Virus record (IMG/VR): IMGVR_UViG_3300046542_000271
Coordinates: 32,001 to 96,000 of that record
Length of the DNA stretch: 64,000 nt
Origin: a virus
Reading direction: 5' to 3' (one strand)
Position numbers and translations under genes: made by a program. Positions 7,983-17,579 of this stretch are shown piece by piece; positions within the stretch are counted from its first letter, which is position 1; each line of letters begins with the position of its first letter. The notes below the pieces were generated by a model. It saw only the letters and a program-made list of their open reading frames with translations, searched no databases and was not told the origin of the DNA.

Positions 7983-9524
7983 TTATTCGAAGTCAGACCA
8001 TTCGGCCCCAGCATCAGGACCGGACTTACTCGCACCCACTTTGCGGTAGGAGGTGTCGATGTCCAGATCAACGTCATACTTGAAGCCGATCATCGGCAGT
8101 TCAAGGAACTTCAAGCAGAAGTATTTAGCCGTTTCATCGGTTGCGCCCATCTTCCGATGCTTCGACCATTGGAACTCCTGCCATGTAGCGCCACCAGACA
8201 CCGTCTTAGCAACGATGTACTCGAAGTCGAACTCTGTATCCAACTTCTTACAACCTTCGTAGTAGCCTTTCCCTGGGAGCTTACGGACGTAGTCATCAGG
8301 GAACTGACGCGCAAGAGTCTTGGCATCTGTCGAAAGTTGGTGAGCAGTATAGTGGAAGATGTTGTGCGGTGACGTGAAACCACGCAGCTTACGATGCAAG
8401 CCCTGTACTTCATCACCCGCCGTCATCTGCGGAATACCCATCTTGCCGATCAGGTTCACGTAGTCGCAACCCGCCGACACAATTTCGAAACCTTCTTCTT
8501 CAAACCCTTTCAGGATATCGAGGTAAGCTTCGGAATCGCCACCGTTCGGGAATTCCACGAAACGTACGTTCCAACCATTAGCCTGGAGACGCGCCTTCAC
8601 GTACTCCGCCATCTCTTGCGGTTTCAGACCACGGATCTTCACAGGGAGACCGTGTTCTTGCTGCATCAGGATGACGTACAGCTTCTGGAACACCAGTTCG
8701 AGTTTGTCTTCGATGGTGGTATAGACGTGCAGTGGACGTTTGGTCTCATCAAACAGCACGGGACTGTTGAACAAGCACATGGCAATGAAGATGTCGAGCA
8801 GGTTACCCGACTTGTTCTGACCTGGCAATGCTGAGACGTTCAACCACTCACCACGACGCGCACCGCCCTGATCGCCCGTCATACGGTTCATCGCCTTGAA
8901 CCCGTACCTCAGGATAGCTCGAGGGTCGATCGCCGTCTGTGCCATGTGGTAGACGTCTTCAACAGACTGCATGTCGCCAATGTCGATGATACGTGCAACG
9001 TGAGCAGCCCGACGCTTACCGCCCAATGGCAGCTCTTGCAGCTTGGTCATCAACTCGTCGCGGTACGTTTTGATGTCCTTGATCTTCTCACGATCAAAGC
9101 CCAAGGTGCGGGATACAGAACGCATCATGGCAACGAATTGTTCGATGGCAACGAACTCATATAGCTCAGCTGATAGCTCGTCGTACTTCAATCCCGCCGC
9201 TACTGGATCTGTCACCGGTAGTAATGATTTGGGGAATAGATCGTACATGCGGTCATTATCACCGCAAGCGACGCGTACCCTTGAGAGCAAGTCCTCGAGG
9301 TCAAGCTTGGCGTTATGTCCCTTGAAGTTCATCCACATCAAGACATTACGCAGCTTTACAAGGCCTGACTTCTCCCGACTCGTCTCGAGAGGGTCTTCAG
9401 GAAGCTTCAAGTGCTCCATGACTTTCTCATGAAGTGCAAGTACTGGCTCGCCGTCAGGTCGCTCGGCATGGCTCGAGTAGTACGAGGCTCCGATAGCCTT
9501 CAGTAGTAATAATTTGATTTCCAT
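7983..9524 (-). CDS. dnaB: DnaB-like replicative helicase (phiKZ gp118-like)
   Basis: Walker A-like ALPGQNKSG, Walker B CDYVNL, TAHQLS motif; divergent from the capsid operon as in phiKZ. Confidence 0.8.
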   Translation of the reverse strand: MEIKLLLLKAIGASYYSSHAERPDGEPVLALHEKVMEHLKLPEDPLETSREKSGLVKLRNVLMWMNFKGHNAKLDLEDLLSRVRVACGDNDRMYDLFPKSLLPVTDPVAAGLKYDELSAELYEFVAIEQFVAMMRSVSRTLGFDREKIKDIKTYRDELMTKLQELPLGGKRRAAHVARIIDIGDMQSVEDVYHMAQTAIDPRAILRYGFKAMNRMTGDQGGARRGEWLNVSALPGQNKSGNLLDIFIAMCLFNSPVLFDETKRPLHVYTTIEDKLELVFQKLYVILMQQEHGLPVKIRGLKPQEMAEYVKARLQANGWNVRFVEFPNGGDSEAYLDILKGFEEEGFEIVSAGCDYVNLIGKMGIPQMTAGDEVQGLHRKLRGFTSPHNIFHYTAHQLSTDAKTLARQFPDDYVRKLPGKGYYEGCKKLDTEFDFEYIVAKTVSGGATWQEFQWSKHRKMGATDETAKYFCLKFLELPMIGFKYDVDLDIDTSYRKVGASKSGPDAGAEWSDFE

Positions 9525-9592
9525 TGGCTATTAGCTCGCTTGCCCTACACTCACTGGCCGAGTGTGGCAACTGTCAAATGCGGAGTGTATAA

Positions 9593-10057
9593 ATGTACGA
9601 TAAATTGAAAGTCCGGTACGTCCCAGCTTGGCTAACGGCCGTGGCTGATTACTACAAGACTGATATCGACAAATTGGAATGCATAGTATCTAAGCATGAT
9701 CTTGTGTTGTACGGTCTTGCTAATACGATGCTAAGGACCAAGTTGCAGCAATTGGGGATTCATAAAGATTTCGTGTTCCCTGATGTGATGGAAGGTGAAG
9801 TCTACAGCCAGGACGATGCGCTGTTCGCATTGTATGGCCAGAATCACGCAGGCAAGACCATCCCGGATTTCAACCTCTCTCGCTTCGCCATTCGTGCGGG
9901 CAAAGCTGAGGGTGAGATCTACTTGGTTGAGCTGGCAGATGGCGACGAATGTAATCTTGTGAAAGAACTGTTGTGCGCTGTCTCCCAATACTGTGGAAGA
10001 AAGGTAGCGCATGGATCAGATTCGTTCAGACGATATCTGTCCGCTGTCAAAATTTAA
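9593..10057 (+). CDS. Hypothetical protein (between helicase and MCP)
   Basis: GGAG SD; gene order recalls phiKZ. Confidence 0.65.
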   Translation: MYDKLKVRYVPAWLTAVADYYKTDIDKLECIVSKHDLVLYGLANTMLRTKLQQLGIHKDFVFPDVMEGEVYSQDDALFALYGQNHAGKTIPDFNLSRFAIRAGKAEGEIYLVELADGDECNLVKELLCAVSQYCGRKVAHGSDSFRRYLSAVKI

Positions 10058-10239
10058 TACATGGGCGTACTCCGTATTCTTATGTAGGAAATATATCGCC
10101 CACATTGGGCGTGTTTCCAAAACCGAGTTCCAAGAACTTACGCCATGCGGGACAAGGATCGCTTTTACCAGTCGACTGGCATTAGACGGCGTCGATCCAC
10201 AAAAGCCTAGGCTATAAATCAAACGTTTGGAGTTTTTCC

Positions 10240-12393
10240 ATGAGTGTTCTCTCGCTGAAACGTAAGAACCGCTTCGCTGGCGCGACCGGTGTAAACATTG
10301 CCGACCTGAAAGCGGCCCAACAAAACAGCGCTATGTATAGCGTTGAATCGATGGACGTTGCCAAAGCTCTTAAAGATGGCAGCTTCGAATCCTTCGATCT
10401 GTCGTCCGTTGCCGATACCCTGCACAGCGTCCTGGAACCAGGTCAAACTGCCGGCGACTTCCGCAACCCTAACGGCATGGCCGTAGCTTCCATGATCGCA
10501 TCCCTGGGCCGTGCTGCTCCGGACTACCTGCGCATGGTTTCCACCGAAAGCGCCGCTCACAGCGATGGCCTGCCGTCCGCCCAAGCCTACGGCCTGGAAT
10601 ACGACAGCGTCTACTCCACCGAGTCGTTCGACAACCAGAACCTGACCGACCACCTGTCGATCTCGATCGGTCTGAACTACAAAATTTCCCGCCAAGGCCC
10701 GGCGATGGAAATGATCTACCGTACCATCCCTCTGACCCCAGAGCAAGGTACCGTGGAAGTGGAAGTGCCGAACCTGTACGTGCAGAACACTCTGCGCCAC
10801 GCCAACGACGGTAGCGAATCCGACTTCGGCCTGCGCCGTGTGATCGACTCGCACATCGACTACCAGGTTCTGAACGACAACTGCACTCAGCTGGTTCCTG
10901 GCCACAACGGTCAAACCGCTGCGATGTTCGTTCCGACCTCCGTCGTTACCCCGTTCGAATACAAGTCCGGTCGTCGTACCGTTCTGACTTCGGCTCTGCA
11001 AGTGGGCAAGACCATCAACCTGTTCGGCGTCGGTCAAACTGACGCAGTGAGCCGTGTTGGTCAAGCTGACTACACCGAAGCACTGGATCGCAACATCGGT
11101 ATCGAATCCGTGTTCGTGACCCTGGGCGGCGACACCATTCGCTGGGATACCCGCGGCCTGCCGTTCTCCCGCTTCTACAAAGGCCCAGAGCAAGGCAACC
11201 GCGCTCTGAAGCTCGACTTCCCGCTGACCACCCTGGTGATCAACAAGGATACCGTCGACTACGCTGGCGACGCACTGACCGATCCAGTGTTCGACATCAT
11301 CGCCACCGGCGAATACAGCGTTCGTCTGCGCACTACCCTGAACGGTACTGCCGACGTTGAGCGTGGTACTGTCAACATCAACCCAGCTAGCCTGGAAGTG
11401 ATGTCGATCACCAACAAAGCTGGCGAGCAGATCTCCCTGACTGGCACCGTTGGCGCGTCCATCGTTACCGGCCTGGCTGGCCTGAAGACCGAAGGCTGGT
11501 GGCCAGACGCTCGTCTGACCAACTCCAACCATCGTCACCTGGGTCTGCTGCTGAACGTCCGTTCGGTGAAAGAACGTCTGATGACTCGCGTTCGTTCCCC
11601 GTTCTTCGTTCCGTACCCAGTGTCGGAAGATCGCGACCAGACCGTAATGGACTGGCTGACCTTCGCTGTAGGCGCGTACATCAACAACGAAGCTGTTGGT
11701 TCGATGATCGGCTACCACGAGCGTCTGATGCGTCTGACCGGCGGCCTGCGCGGCGAGCTCACCATCGGTGACTTCGAAGAAAACGCCATGCCGATCGAAG
11801 GTATCGGTCGCTACCTGATCAACCCTTACGTCCAGACCTTGAAGGTCAACGTGAAGGGCAATGCTCAGAGCACCAACACCGTCGACAACATCAAGAACGG
11901 CCAAGAAGTTCTGCTGAACGTAATCCGTTCGGTATCGTTCGATATCCAACAGCGCACCAACTACGAAAACGCCTGCCGTTACGTAGATGGCGGTGAAATC
12001 TCCAAGGCATGGAAAGTTGCCCTGGTCACCAGCAAGAAGATCGAGCGCTTCATGACCGTGTCCGGCGACAGCCGTACTCTGGGTGCTGGCCTGCCGTTCC
12101 AGCTGGAAAGCGACGTCGACGCACGTCTGGACAAGCGTATCTACATGACGCTGGTTCGTGAAGGCGACGGCATCGACCCACTGAGCTCCGGCGTAATGCT
12201 GCTGACTCCTACTCTGGTATCGACTCTGTCGGTTACCCGTGACAACGCGCCTCGTCAAGAAGCCGTTGTTCAGCCGCGCTTCCAACACTACAACCTGCTG
12301 CCGATCGTTGTCATGATCGAAGTAGACGGTGTGGACGAGCTGCTCGAAGAGTCGCTGCCTTTTCGTGTGGAAAACACTGAAGTTACTCCTTAA
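10240..12393 (+). CDS. Major capsid protein (phiKZ gp120-like)
   Basis: 717 aa with very strong codon bias; N-terminal S-x-E processing sites (SVE, SFE, STE); position next to the helicase. Confidence 0.85.
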   Translation: MSVLSLKRKNRFAGATGVNIADLKAAQQNSAMYSVESMDVAKALKDGSFESFDLSSVADTLHSVLEPGQTAGDFRNPNGMAVASMIASLGRAAPDYLRMVSTESAAHSDGLPSAQAYGLEYDSVYSTESFDNQNLTDHLSISIGLNYKISRQGPAMEMIYRTIPLTPEQGTVEVEVPNLYVQNTLRHANDGSESDFGLRRVIDSHIDYQVLNDNCTQLVPGHNGQTAAMFVPTSVVTPFEYKSGRRTVLTSALQVGKTINLFGVGQTDAVSRVGQADYTEALDRNIGIESVFVTLGGDTIRWDTRGLPFSRFYKGPEQGNRALKLDFPLTTLVINKDTVDYAGDALTDPVFDIIATGEYSVRLRTTLNGTADVERGTVNINPASLEVMSITNKAGEQISLTGTVGASIVTGLAGLKTEGWWPDARLTNSNHRHLGLLLNVRSVKERLMTRVRSPFFVPYPVSEDRDQTVMDWLTFAVGAYINNEAVGSMIGYHERLMRLTGGLRGELTIGDFEENAMPIEGIGRYLINPYVQTLKVNVKGNAQSTNTVDNIKNGQEVLLNVIRSVSFDIQQRTNYENACRYVDGGEISKAWKVALVTSKKIERFMTVSGDSRTLGAGLPFQLESDVDARLDKRIYMTLVREGDGIDPLSSGVMLLTPTLVSTLSVTRDNAPRQEAVVQPRFQHYNLLPIVVMIEVDGVDELLEESLPFRVENTEVTP

Positions 12394-12457
12394 AAACGTG
12401 GCGCCGATCCAGAACCTTGGAACGGTACCGCTGCCTAGGGTAGCGTAAGTGTCAAAT

Positions 12458-12497
12458 GCATAAAAGCCCCTGGGTTCACTCCCAGGGGCTTTTATGC
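12458..12497 (+). terminator. GCATA...TATGC hairpin terminator
   Basis: gcataaaagcccctggg-ttcact-cccaggggcttttatgc, perfect stem. Confidence 0.85.
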
Positions 12498-12505
12498 TGT
12501 CTATG

Positions 12506-12533
12506 CTTTTATAGCAATACATTATCGTGATGC
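12506..12533 (+). promoter_or_regulatory. Putative phage early promoter for the nvRNAP operon
   Basis: ttttatAGCAATACATtatcgtgaTGC. Confidence 0.55.
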
Positions 12534-12583
12534 AGGGTAGATTCAATGAACTCGATGTAATTCTTTAAGGCAGGCAACTAACT

Positions 12584-13804
12584 ATGGATATGGGAATCTC
12601 CAAGCGACAGGCCAAAGGCAACGGTTCATCTGGCGTGGTATTTCGTAACAACGAAAACGCTGGACCAATCGTGATCACCAACCAGTACCTCAATTACGGA
12701 TTGACATACACCATCACCAACCTCACGGGCCGGTCAGTATATGTCAAAGACCGACTGGGTACTCTGGTTGAAATCAAGCAGGGCCGTGGCAAGGTAGAAG
12801 GCGTCATTTGTATTGAGGTGGTCTGGAAAGCGGGAGTGGAACAGATCCGGGCCTTAATGGAACAGTATTCGCGCTATAGCGCCATCAATGAGTTCTGCCG
12901 TAACGCAGAAGAAGCCCTTTACCTCTTTCTGAAGAATAGTAGTAATTCTTCACCATCTATGCGTATCTTTATAGATGAGGAGTTGCTGCGTTCGCGTAAC
13001 GACGCAATCTATCAACCTGATCTCGATTTACTCCTTATGTTCGCCACTCGTATCGAGACCGAGCATCCATCTAGCCCATTGTCGCGATTCCGTGACGGTG
13101 GAGACCAATCCGTCAAACTCATCAACAGCTGTGGCGCTGATGCGCTGATTTATGCCATCGAGGCAATCGACAACTCCATCCACCAACGTTACAAAGACAA
13201 ATATCTGTACATCGGCGACGAAGTCTACCATGTCCCGGTCCAACATAAACCTGGCTCGCCTCACTGCGGATTCATTGTGACACGCAATCGTTCAGCAGAT
13301 GAGATCAACAAGAACCTAGAACCTGGTAAACGGTATATCCGTGAACTTATGTCCTTTACTGATGCTGCCAGGAAGTTTGGGGTAGCTGATACGGTGGAGG
13401 AAGCCAGGGCCATGGGTGATCTAAAGCTTCAGTCTGAGGCCAGGATCGCCGAGCTACAGATGCGCATCAAAGAAACAGATACACAAAACACGCTGCTAAA
13501 GCGTGAAATAGAAAATACCAACACGGAGCGTGATCGCGAGAGCGGTAACGTCAAATACAACCGGGAGCGAGAGAAGAATGATGAAGAGTTCGCATTCCAA
13601 CGAGAGAAGTGGCAGCGAGAGCGCGAGAAGTTAGACCAGGATTCTGCCCTCGCTAGGGAGAAATACGAGCGGGAGCGGGACAAAGCTTTGCAAGACGCAG
13701 CAAGGGATGAGATCAAGAACACGTATGAATGGATCAAGGTCCTCACTGGGGGCTTGGCAATCCTCGGTACGTTTTTAGGGTTGAGTCGACTTAAATTGGC
13801 TTAG
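12584..13804 (+). CDS. Hypothetical protein with charged coiled coil and C-terminal membrane anchor
   Basis: E/R/K-rich heptads, then WIKVLTGGLAILGTFLGL. Confidence 0.75.
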   Translation: MDMGISKRQAKGNGSSGVVFRNNENAGPIVITNQYLNYGLTYTITNLTGRSVYVKDRLGTLVEIKQGRGKVEGVICIEVVWKAGVEQIRALMEQYSRYSAINEFCRNAEEALYLFLKNSSNSSPSMRIFIDEELLRSRNDAIYQPDLDLLLMFATRIETEHPSSPLSRFRDGGDQSVKLINSCGADALIYAIEAIDNSIHQRYKDKYLYIGDEVYHVPVQHKPGSPHCGFIVTRNRSADEINKNLEPGKRYIRELMSFTDAARKFGVADTVEEARAMGDLKLQSEARIAELQMRIKETDTQNTLLKREIENTNTERDRESGNVKYNREREKNDEEFAFQREKWQREREKLDQDSALAREKYERERDKALQDAARDEIKNTYEWIKVLTGGLAILGTFLGLSRLKLA

Positions 13805-13825
13805 TAATAATGCGGGATCTCGCGG

Positions 13826-15478
13826 ATGGACATTGAACTTTTCGACGAAATGCAAGAGGGGAAACCAGTCTTTGATCAACGGATCTTGGACGGCATGGCA
13901 TATAGCGGGTTACAGGACGCTAAGGGCGAAGTCGATCGCCTGATTGGGTGTGCCAGACGTAGCTTCCCTCAAGATTTCGAATACCTGGGGTCGTCTATTT
14001 GTCCGCCACAGGAAGCCTATTTGGTAATGGCTTCTATTAAACGACGTGGGGAGTCGTCGGTGGACCTTGCGCCAAGCGATGTAGTGCTGTGCAAGTATGA
14101 GTTTGCGTTTGAAGGGCTTCCGCTGAAGGACCGTTACTTCTTCCTCCCTTATGTTCGCAAGGGCGGATTCATCAAGATCGCGGGTAAGCAGTTTGCTATC
14201 AGTCCTGTGCTCGCAGATCCAGGCTTCTCGGTGGGTGAAGATTATGTCTTCATCCGGATGAACCGCGCGCCAGTCAACTTCAAGCGGATCATTTACACGA
14301 TCGACATCAACGGGGAGAAAGTCTCCAAGTATGTCGTTCACTCCAAGCTGCACCATAGAGCCGGTAATCGCGACCGTAAACACGGCAGCGATGTGATTCA
14401 CGTAGGGCGGGTGATTACGACCATCCCTCATTACCTGTTCTGTAAGTACGGCCCAGAGGAAGCCTTCAAACGCTTTGGTCACTGTGATGTCCACATCACG
14501 ACTGAGGCGGAATTGGCAGAGTCCCCGATGGACCCGGAGAAATACACGTTCATCCGCAGTCGGAAGGTTGCTCCTTCTACATTGAAGAAGATCCATAACT
14601 ACGCGATGAATGCATCGCCTGTGGTGTTGGTATTCGACAAAGCTCAAATGGCTGGCAAGCAGCACCTGGTCGAGGGTCTTGCGGCTGGGTTCTTCTACAT
14701 GGTTGACCACTTCCCTGAAGTGACTGAACGCAAGGAACTGGCTGACCCATTCACCTGGAAGCTGTGGCTGGCGTATGTTCTCTTCGGGGATCAGCTGGGC
14801 TACGGTAAGTTGGTGGAGAACGTTGATTCTCACCTCAACAGCCTGGATGACTACGTGGACGTTGAAGTCCGCCGTACGCTCCTGGATGAAGAGGAACTGG
14901 AGTTCGATGACATCTACCAACTGTGCTCTCACATCCAAGAGCACATGGATGACATCATCCAGCGCAAAGGGACTGACATCGCGAGCATGTACGGTAAACG
15001 GCTGATGACAGCCAACTACGTGCTGCGGGATATCTTTGAACAGATCTTCCGTTGTGTGTTCGAGATTACCAAGAACCGCAAGCGCAAACTGACCAAGGAG
15101 GATTACAACAAACTCCTCGGGAAGTATTTCATTCCTGAAAAGATCCATGAATTACGTAACACCGCTACGAAGGCATACGTCTCCTCGGTCTCCTCACCGA
15201 GCGACAACATGTTCTTCAAGGTCACCAGCCGTCTGGTAATGCAGGCACACACTGGCACCAGTGGCAAGAGTCAGAATGTGAACGTTCACGATCCGATGTC
15301 GCACCTGCACGAATCTACGGCAGAATGTGGCAACAGCTTGGTACTGCCCCGCAACAGTCCACTGGCTCGGAATACCATCAACCCTACCGCATGGCTGGAC
15401 TCGAAGATGACTCTTCTGAAGAAGCCTCACATGCGTGGGGTGATTGAGTACATCGGCGAACATATTCACCGCAATTAA
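13826..15478 (+). CDS. Non-virion RNA polymerase beta-like subunit, N-terminal part (phiKZ gp123-like)
   Basis: FLPYVRKGGFIKIAGKQFAISPVL (beta region A/B-like), SMYGKRL, LHES...G motifs; gene order. Confidence 0.75.
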   Translation: MDIELFDEMQEGKPVFDQRILDGMAYSGLQDAKGEVDRLIGCARRSFPQDFEYLGSSICPPQEAYLVMASIKRRGESSVDLAPSDVVLCKYEFAFEGLPLKDRYFFLPYVRKGGFIKIAGKQFAISPVLADPGFSVGEDYVFIRMNRAPVNFKRIIYTIDINGEKVSKYVVHSKLHHRAGNRDRKHGSDVIHVGRVITTIPHYLFCKYGPEEAFKRFGHCDVHITTEAELAESPMDPEKYTFIRSRKVAPSTLKKIHNYAMNASPVVLVFDKAQMAGKQHLVEGLAAGFFYMVDHFPEVTERKELADPFTWKLWLAYVLFGDQLGYGKLVENVDSHLNSLDDYVDVEVRRTLLDEEELEFDDIYQLCSHIQEHMDDIIQRKGTDIASMYGKRLMTANYVLRDIFEQIFRCVFEITKNRKRKLTKEDYNKLLGKYFIPEKIHELRNTATKAYVSSVSSPSDNMFFKVTSRLVMQAHTGTSGKSQNVNVHDPMSHLHESTAECGNSLVLPRNSPLARNTINPTAWLDSKMTLLKKPHMRGVIEYIGEHIHRN

Positions 15479-15505
15479 TCGAATTGAAACTGGAGCGCAA
15501 CTAAC

Positions 15506-17431
15506 ATGGCTATGACCCGCGACGAACAAGCCCTTTGGGATGGCATTGCTGACGAAGCAGTACGCTACATTGACGAACGCGCTGATGAGCGCGGTGCAAG
15601 TGAACTGCGTGTGCGTTATGCCGAGATCCTCGGCAAGAACAACTACGCTAACCGCGACTTCGAAGCGTTGATCGATTCGATGTTCGACGGCTTCCGCAAC
15701 ATCGAAGAAGAATACGCGCGTTCCAACGATCGCCTGGAAGACTTCCTTCCGAAAGCGGTACAGGACGTGGTCGATGGTCACTTCGCCAACAGTGTGCTGA
15801 GCAATCGCCGCACTGCTGACGAGCTGGACAATCGCACCTATGCCGAAATGGAAGACATGGTCAAGCTGTACAAGGACCTGTTGGGCGGTCGTAGCCGCGG
15901 CGGTGGACGTGGTGACCGTGGCGGTCGAGGTGACCGCGGTGGTCGTGACGAGCGTGGTGGTTCTGGCTATAGCCGTGGTGGCCGTCAGGAACGCAGTCGC
16001 AGCACCGAGAACCTGGGTCGTACCAGTGGCGGTGGCGGTGGTGGCTGGCGTAATCAGAAGGCCGCTCGTACCAAAGTCGCTGCTGGCGATCATTGGGCAG
16101 AAGCTGCGCGTGATGCGCGGGATACCGATGATCGTGAAGAAGCATCCCGTCAGGTGGAAGAAGTTCGTCGTCCAGCCGCCGCCAAGCCGCTGATCGCTGA
16201 CTCTCCTCTGGCACCGGTGGAATCCCGTCCAGTGTTGGAAGGTCCGGATTACACCAAGGCTCGTCCGCATGACGAGTTCCTGCAAGATGGCGAGCACTGG
16301 AAAGTTGCTTCCAAGTCGGGTTGGGCTATTCCGTTCGACTATCAAAACCCACTGGCCAGCGTACCGAAGCTGTACGATGTCCGTACCCAAATCAAATACC
16401 ACGTAAAGAATGTAGACGGCAAAGTCCGTGAGGAGCTCGTTAAAGTGAATGATGACAACCGTTACCTGGCTCATGAAGGCATGCAGCAACCTGAGCGCTA
16501 CCACTCGACTAACCGTCGGGCTACTCCGGCCGTTTCCCTGTCGGGCGCCAAACCTGCCGCTGGTGATGACGACCTGAATCAGGTTGATGTAAAACCGGTT
16601 GTCACCAATCTCCAGGAATCCCTGGGCAATCTCGATCGCAACCAGTTCGAGATCGGCGAGAACGGTGCTCCTCTGGGCGAAACCCTCAACGGTCTGGTGT
16701 TCAACACCCGCGTGAAGATGGTTGCTGGTAAGGACGCTCAGCGTCTGAACATCTGCTACCGTCACACGGCGCTGATCGCCACCTCCTGGGAGCAGGAAGC
16801 GCTGATCCAGCGTATCTACGGCTCCAACAACCTGTCGGCTGCTGCGCAATCCCTGCGTGATCTGAAGGGTGACTTCGACGTCACCATCTGGAATGAACTG
16901 AACAAGCGCTTCTCGGACCTGGTCCTGCGTGCCGTTCGCTTCCAGTTCCAGCACAACTCGGTGAAAGCCATGTCGTTCGCCAACGACTGGGAGAAACTGA
17001 TCAAGCACCTGGAAGGCACCAAAGGCGAAGGCTTTGCTTCCGACTTTGCTCAGCGCACTTCGTACATCATCCCAATGGCCTGCGCTATCGCTGGCCGTGA
17101 CGATCTGTCGGCGTTCACTGAACTGCCAGAAGGCCAAGAAGCTCCGTGCGTAGTGTTCCTGGATTCGACTGCAATCGTCGCCCTGGACTCGACTCTGGAC
17201 GCTCTGGGTCTGGGCAAGCAGCTGCTGGAAATGGAAACCGGTGCCAGCATCACGGCTCAGGCCGATGCAGCTCTGAACACCGTCGTACGCGGTCTGTACA
17301 GCAAGCTGGACGACAAAGCGCCAAGCGCTGGTGCCACTCGTGTGTACCTGAACACCAACGACGGCGCCATCCTGGAACTGATTCCGTTTGCCGCTCGTAA
17401 GGAAAACTTCATCTTGGCAGTCGTCAAGTAA
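15506..17431 (+). CDS. Hypothetical protein with internal RGG/Gly-rich region
   Basis: 641 aa with strong codon bias; RGGRGDRGGRGDRGGRDERGG. Confidence 0.8.
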   Translation: MAMTRDEQALWDGIADEAVRYIDERADERGASELRVRYAEILGKNNYANRDFEALIDSMFDGFRNIEEEYARSNDRLEDFLPKAVQDVVDGHFANSVLSNRRTADELDNRTYAEMEDMVKLYKDLLGGRSRGGGRGDRGGRGDRGGRDERGGSGYSRGGRQERSRSTENLGRTSGGGGGGWRNQKAARTKVAAGDHWAEAARDARDTDDREEASRQVEEVRRPAAAKPLIADSPLAPVESRPVLEGPDYTKARPHDEFLQDGEHWKVASKSGWAIPFDYQNPLASVPKLYDVRTQIKYHVKNVDGKVREELVKVNDDNRYLAHEGMQQPERYHSTNRRATPAVSLSGAKPAAGDDDLNQVDVKPVVTNLQESLGNLDRNQFEIGENGAPLGETLNGLVFNTRVKMVAGKDAQRLNICYRHTALIATSWEQEALIQRIYGSNNLSAAAQSLRDLKGDFDVTIWNELNKRFSDLVLRAVRFQFQHNSVKAMSFANDWEKLIKHLEGTKGEGFASDFAQRTSYIIPMACAIAGRDDLSAFTELPEGQEAPCVVFLDSTAIVALDSTLDALGLGKQLLEMETGASITAQADAALNTVVRGLYSKLDDKAPSAGATRVYLNTNDGAILELIPFAARKENFILAVVK

Positions 17432-17522
17432 ACCAGTGACTCGATCTTCTACCCTGCGAAGTGTCGATCGAGTCATTACTCCCATTAACCCCTAACAGCT
17501 TACACAAACGTTTGTCTAATCC

Positions 17523-17563
17523 ACAGAGGTCCCTACGGGGGCCTCGCTGGTACTTTCTTTTTT
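17523..17563 (+). terminator. Intrinsic terminator
   Basis: gaggtccc-tacg-ggggcctc followed by a T-tract. Confidence 0.75.
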
Positions 17564-17579
17564 TGTTCAAGGAGTGGCT

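Noticed and set aside
7983-9524. Non-canonical Walker A in the helicase (GQNKS) and in UvsX (NMFKS) as a sign of inactivation
   Set aside because: The catalytic Lys-Ser and downstream motifs are intact; divergence is expected in this phage group.
10219-12546. Long antisense ORFs (also 15194-17485, 26487-28697, 6137-7360, 24283-25809, 47268-48659, 54766-56046, 22-894)
   Set aside because: Shadows of codon-biased genes on the opposite strand, with no SD and no recognisable motifs.
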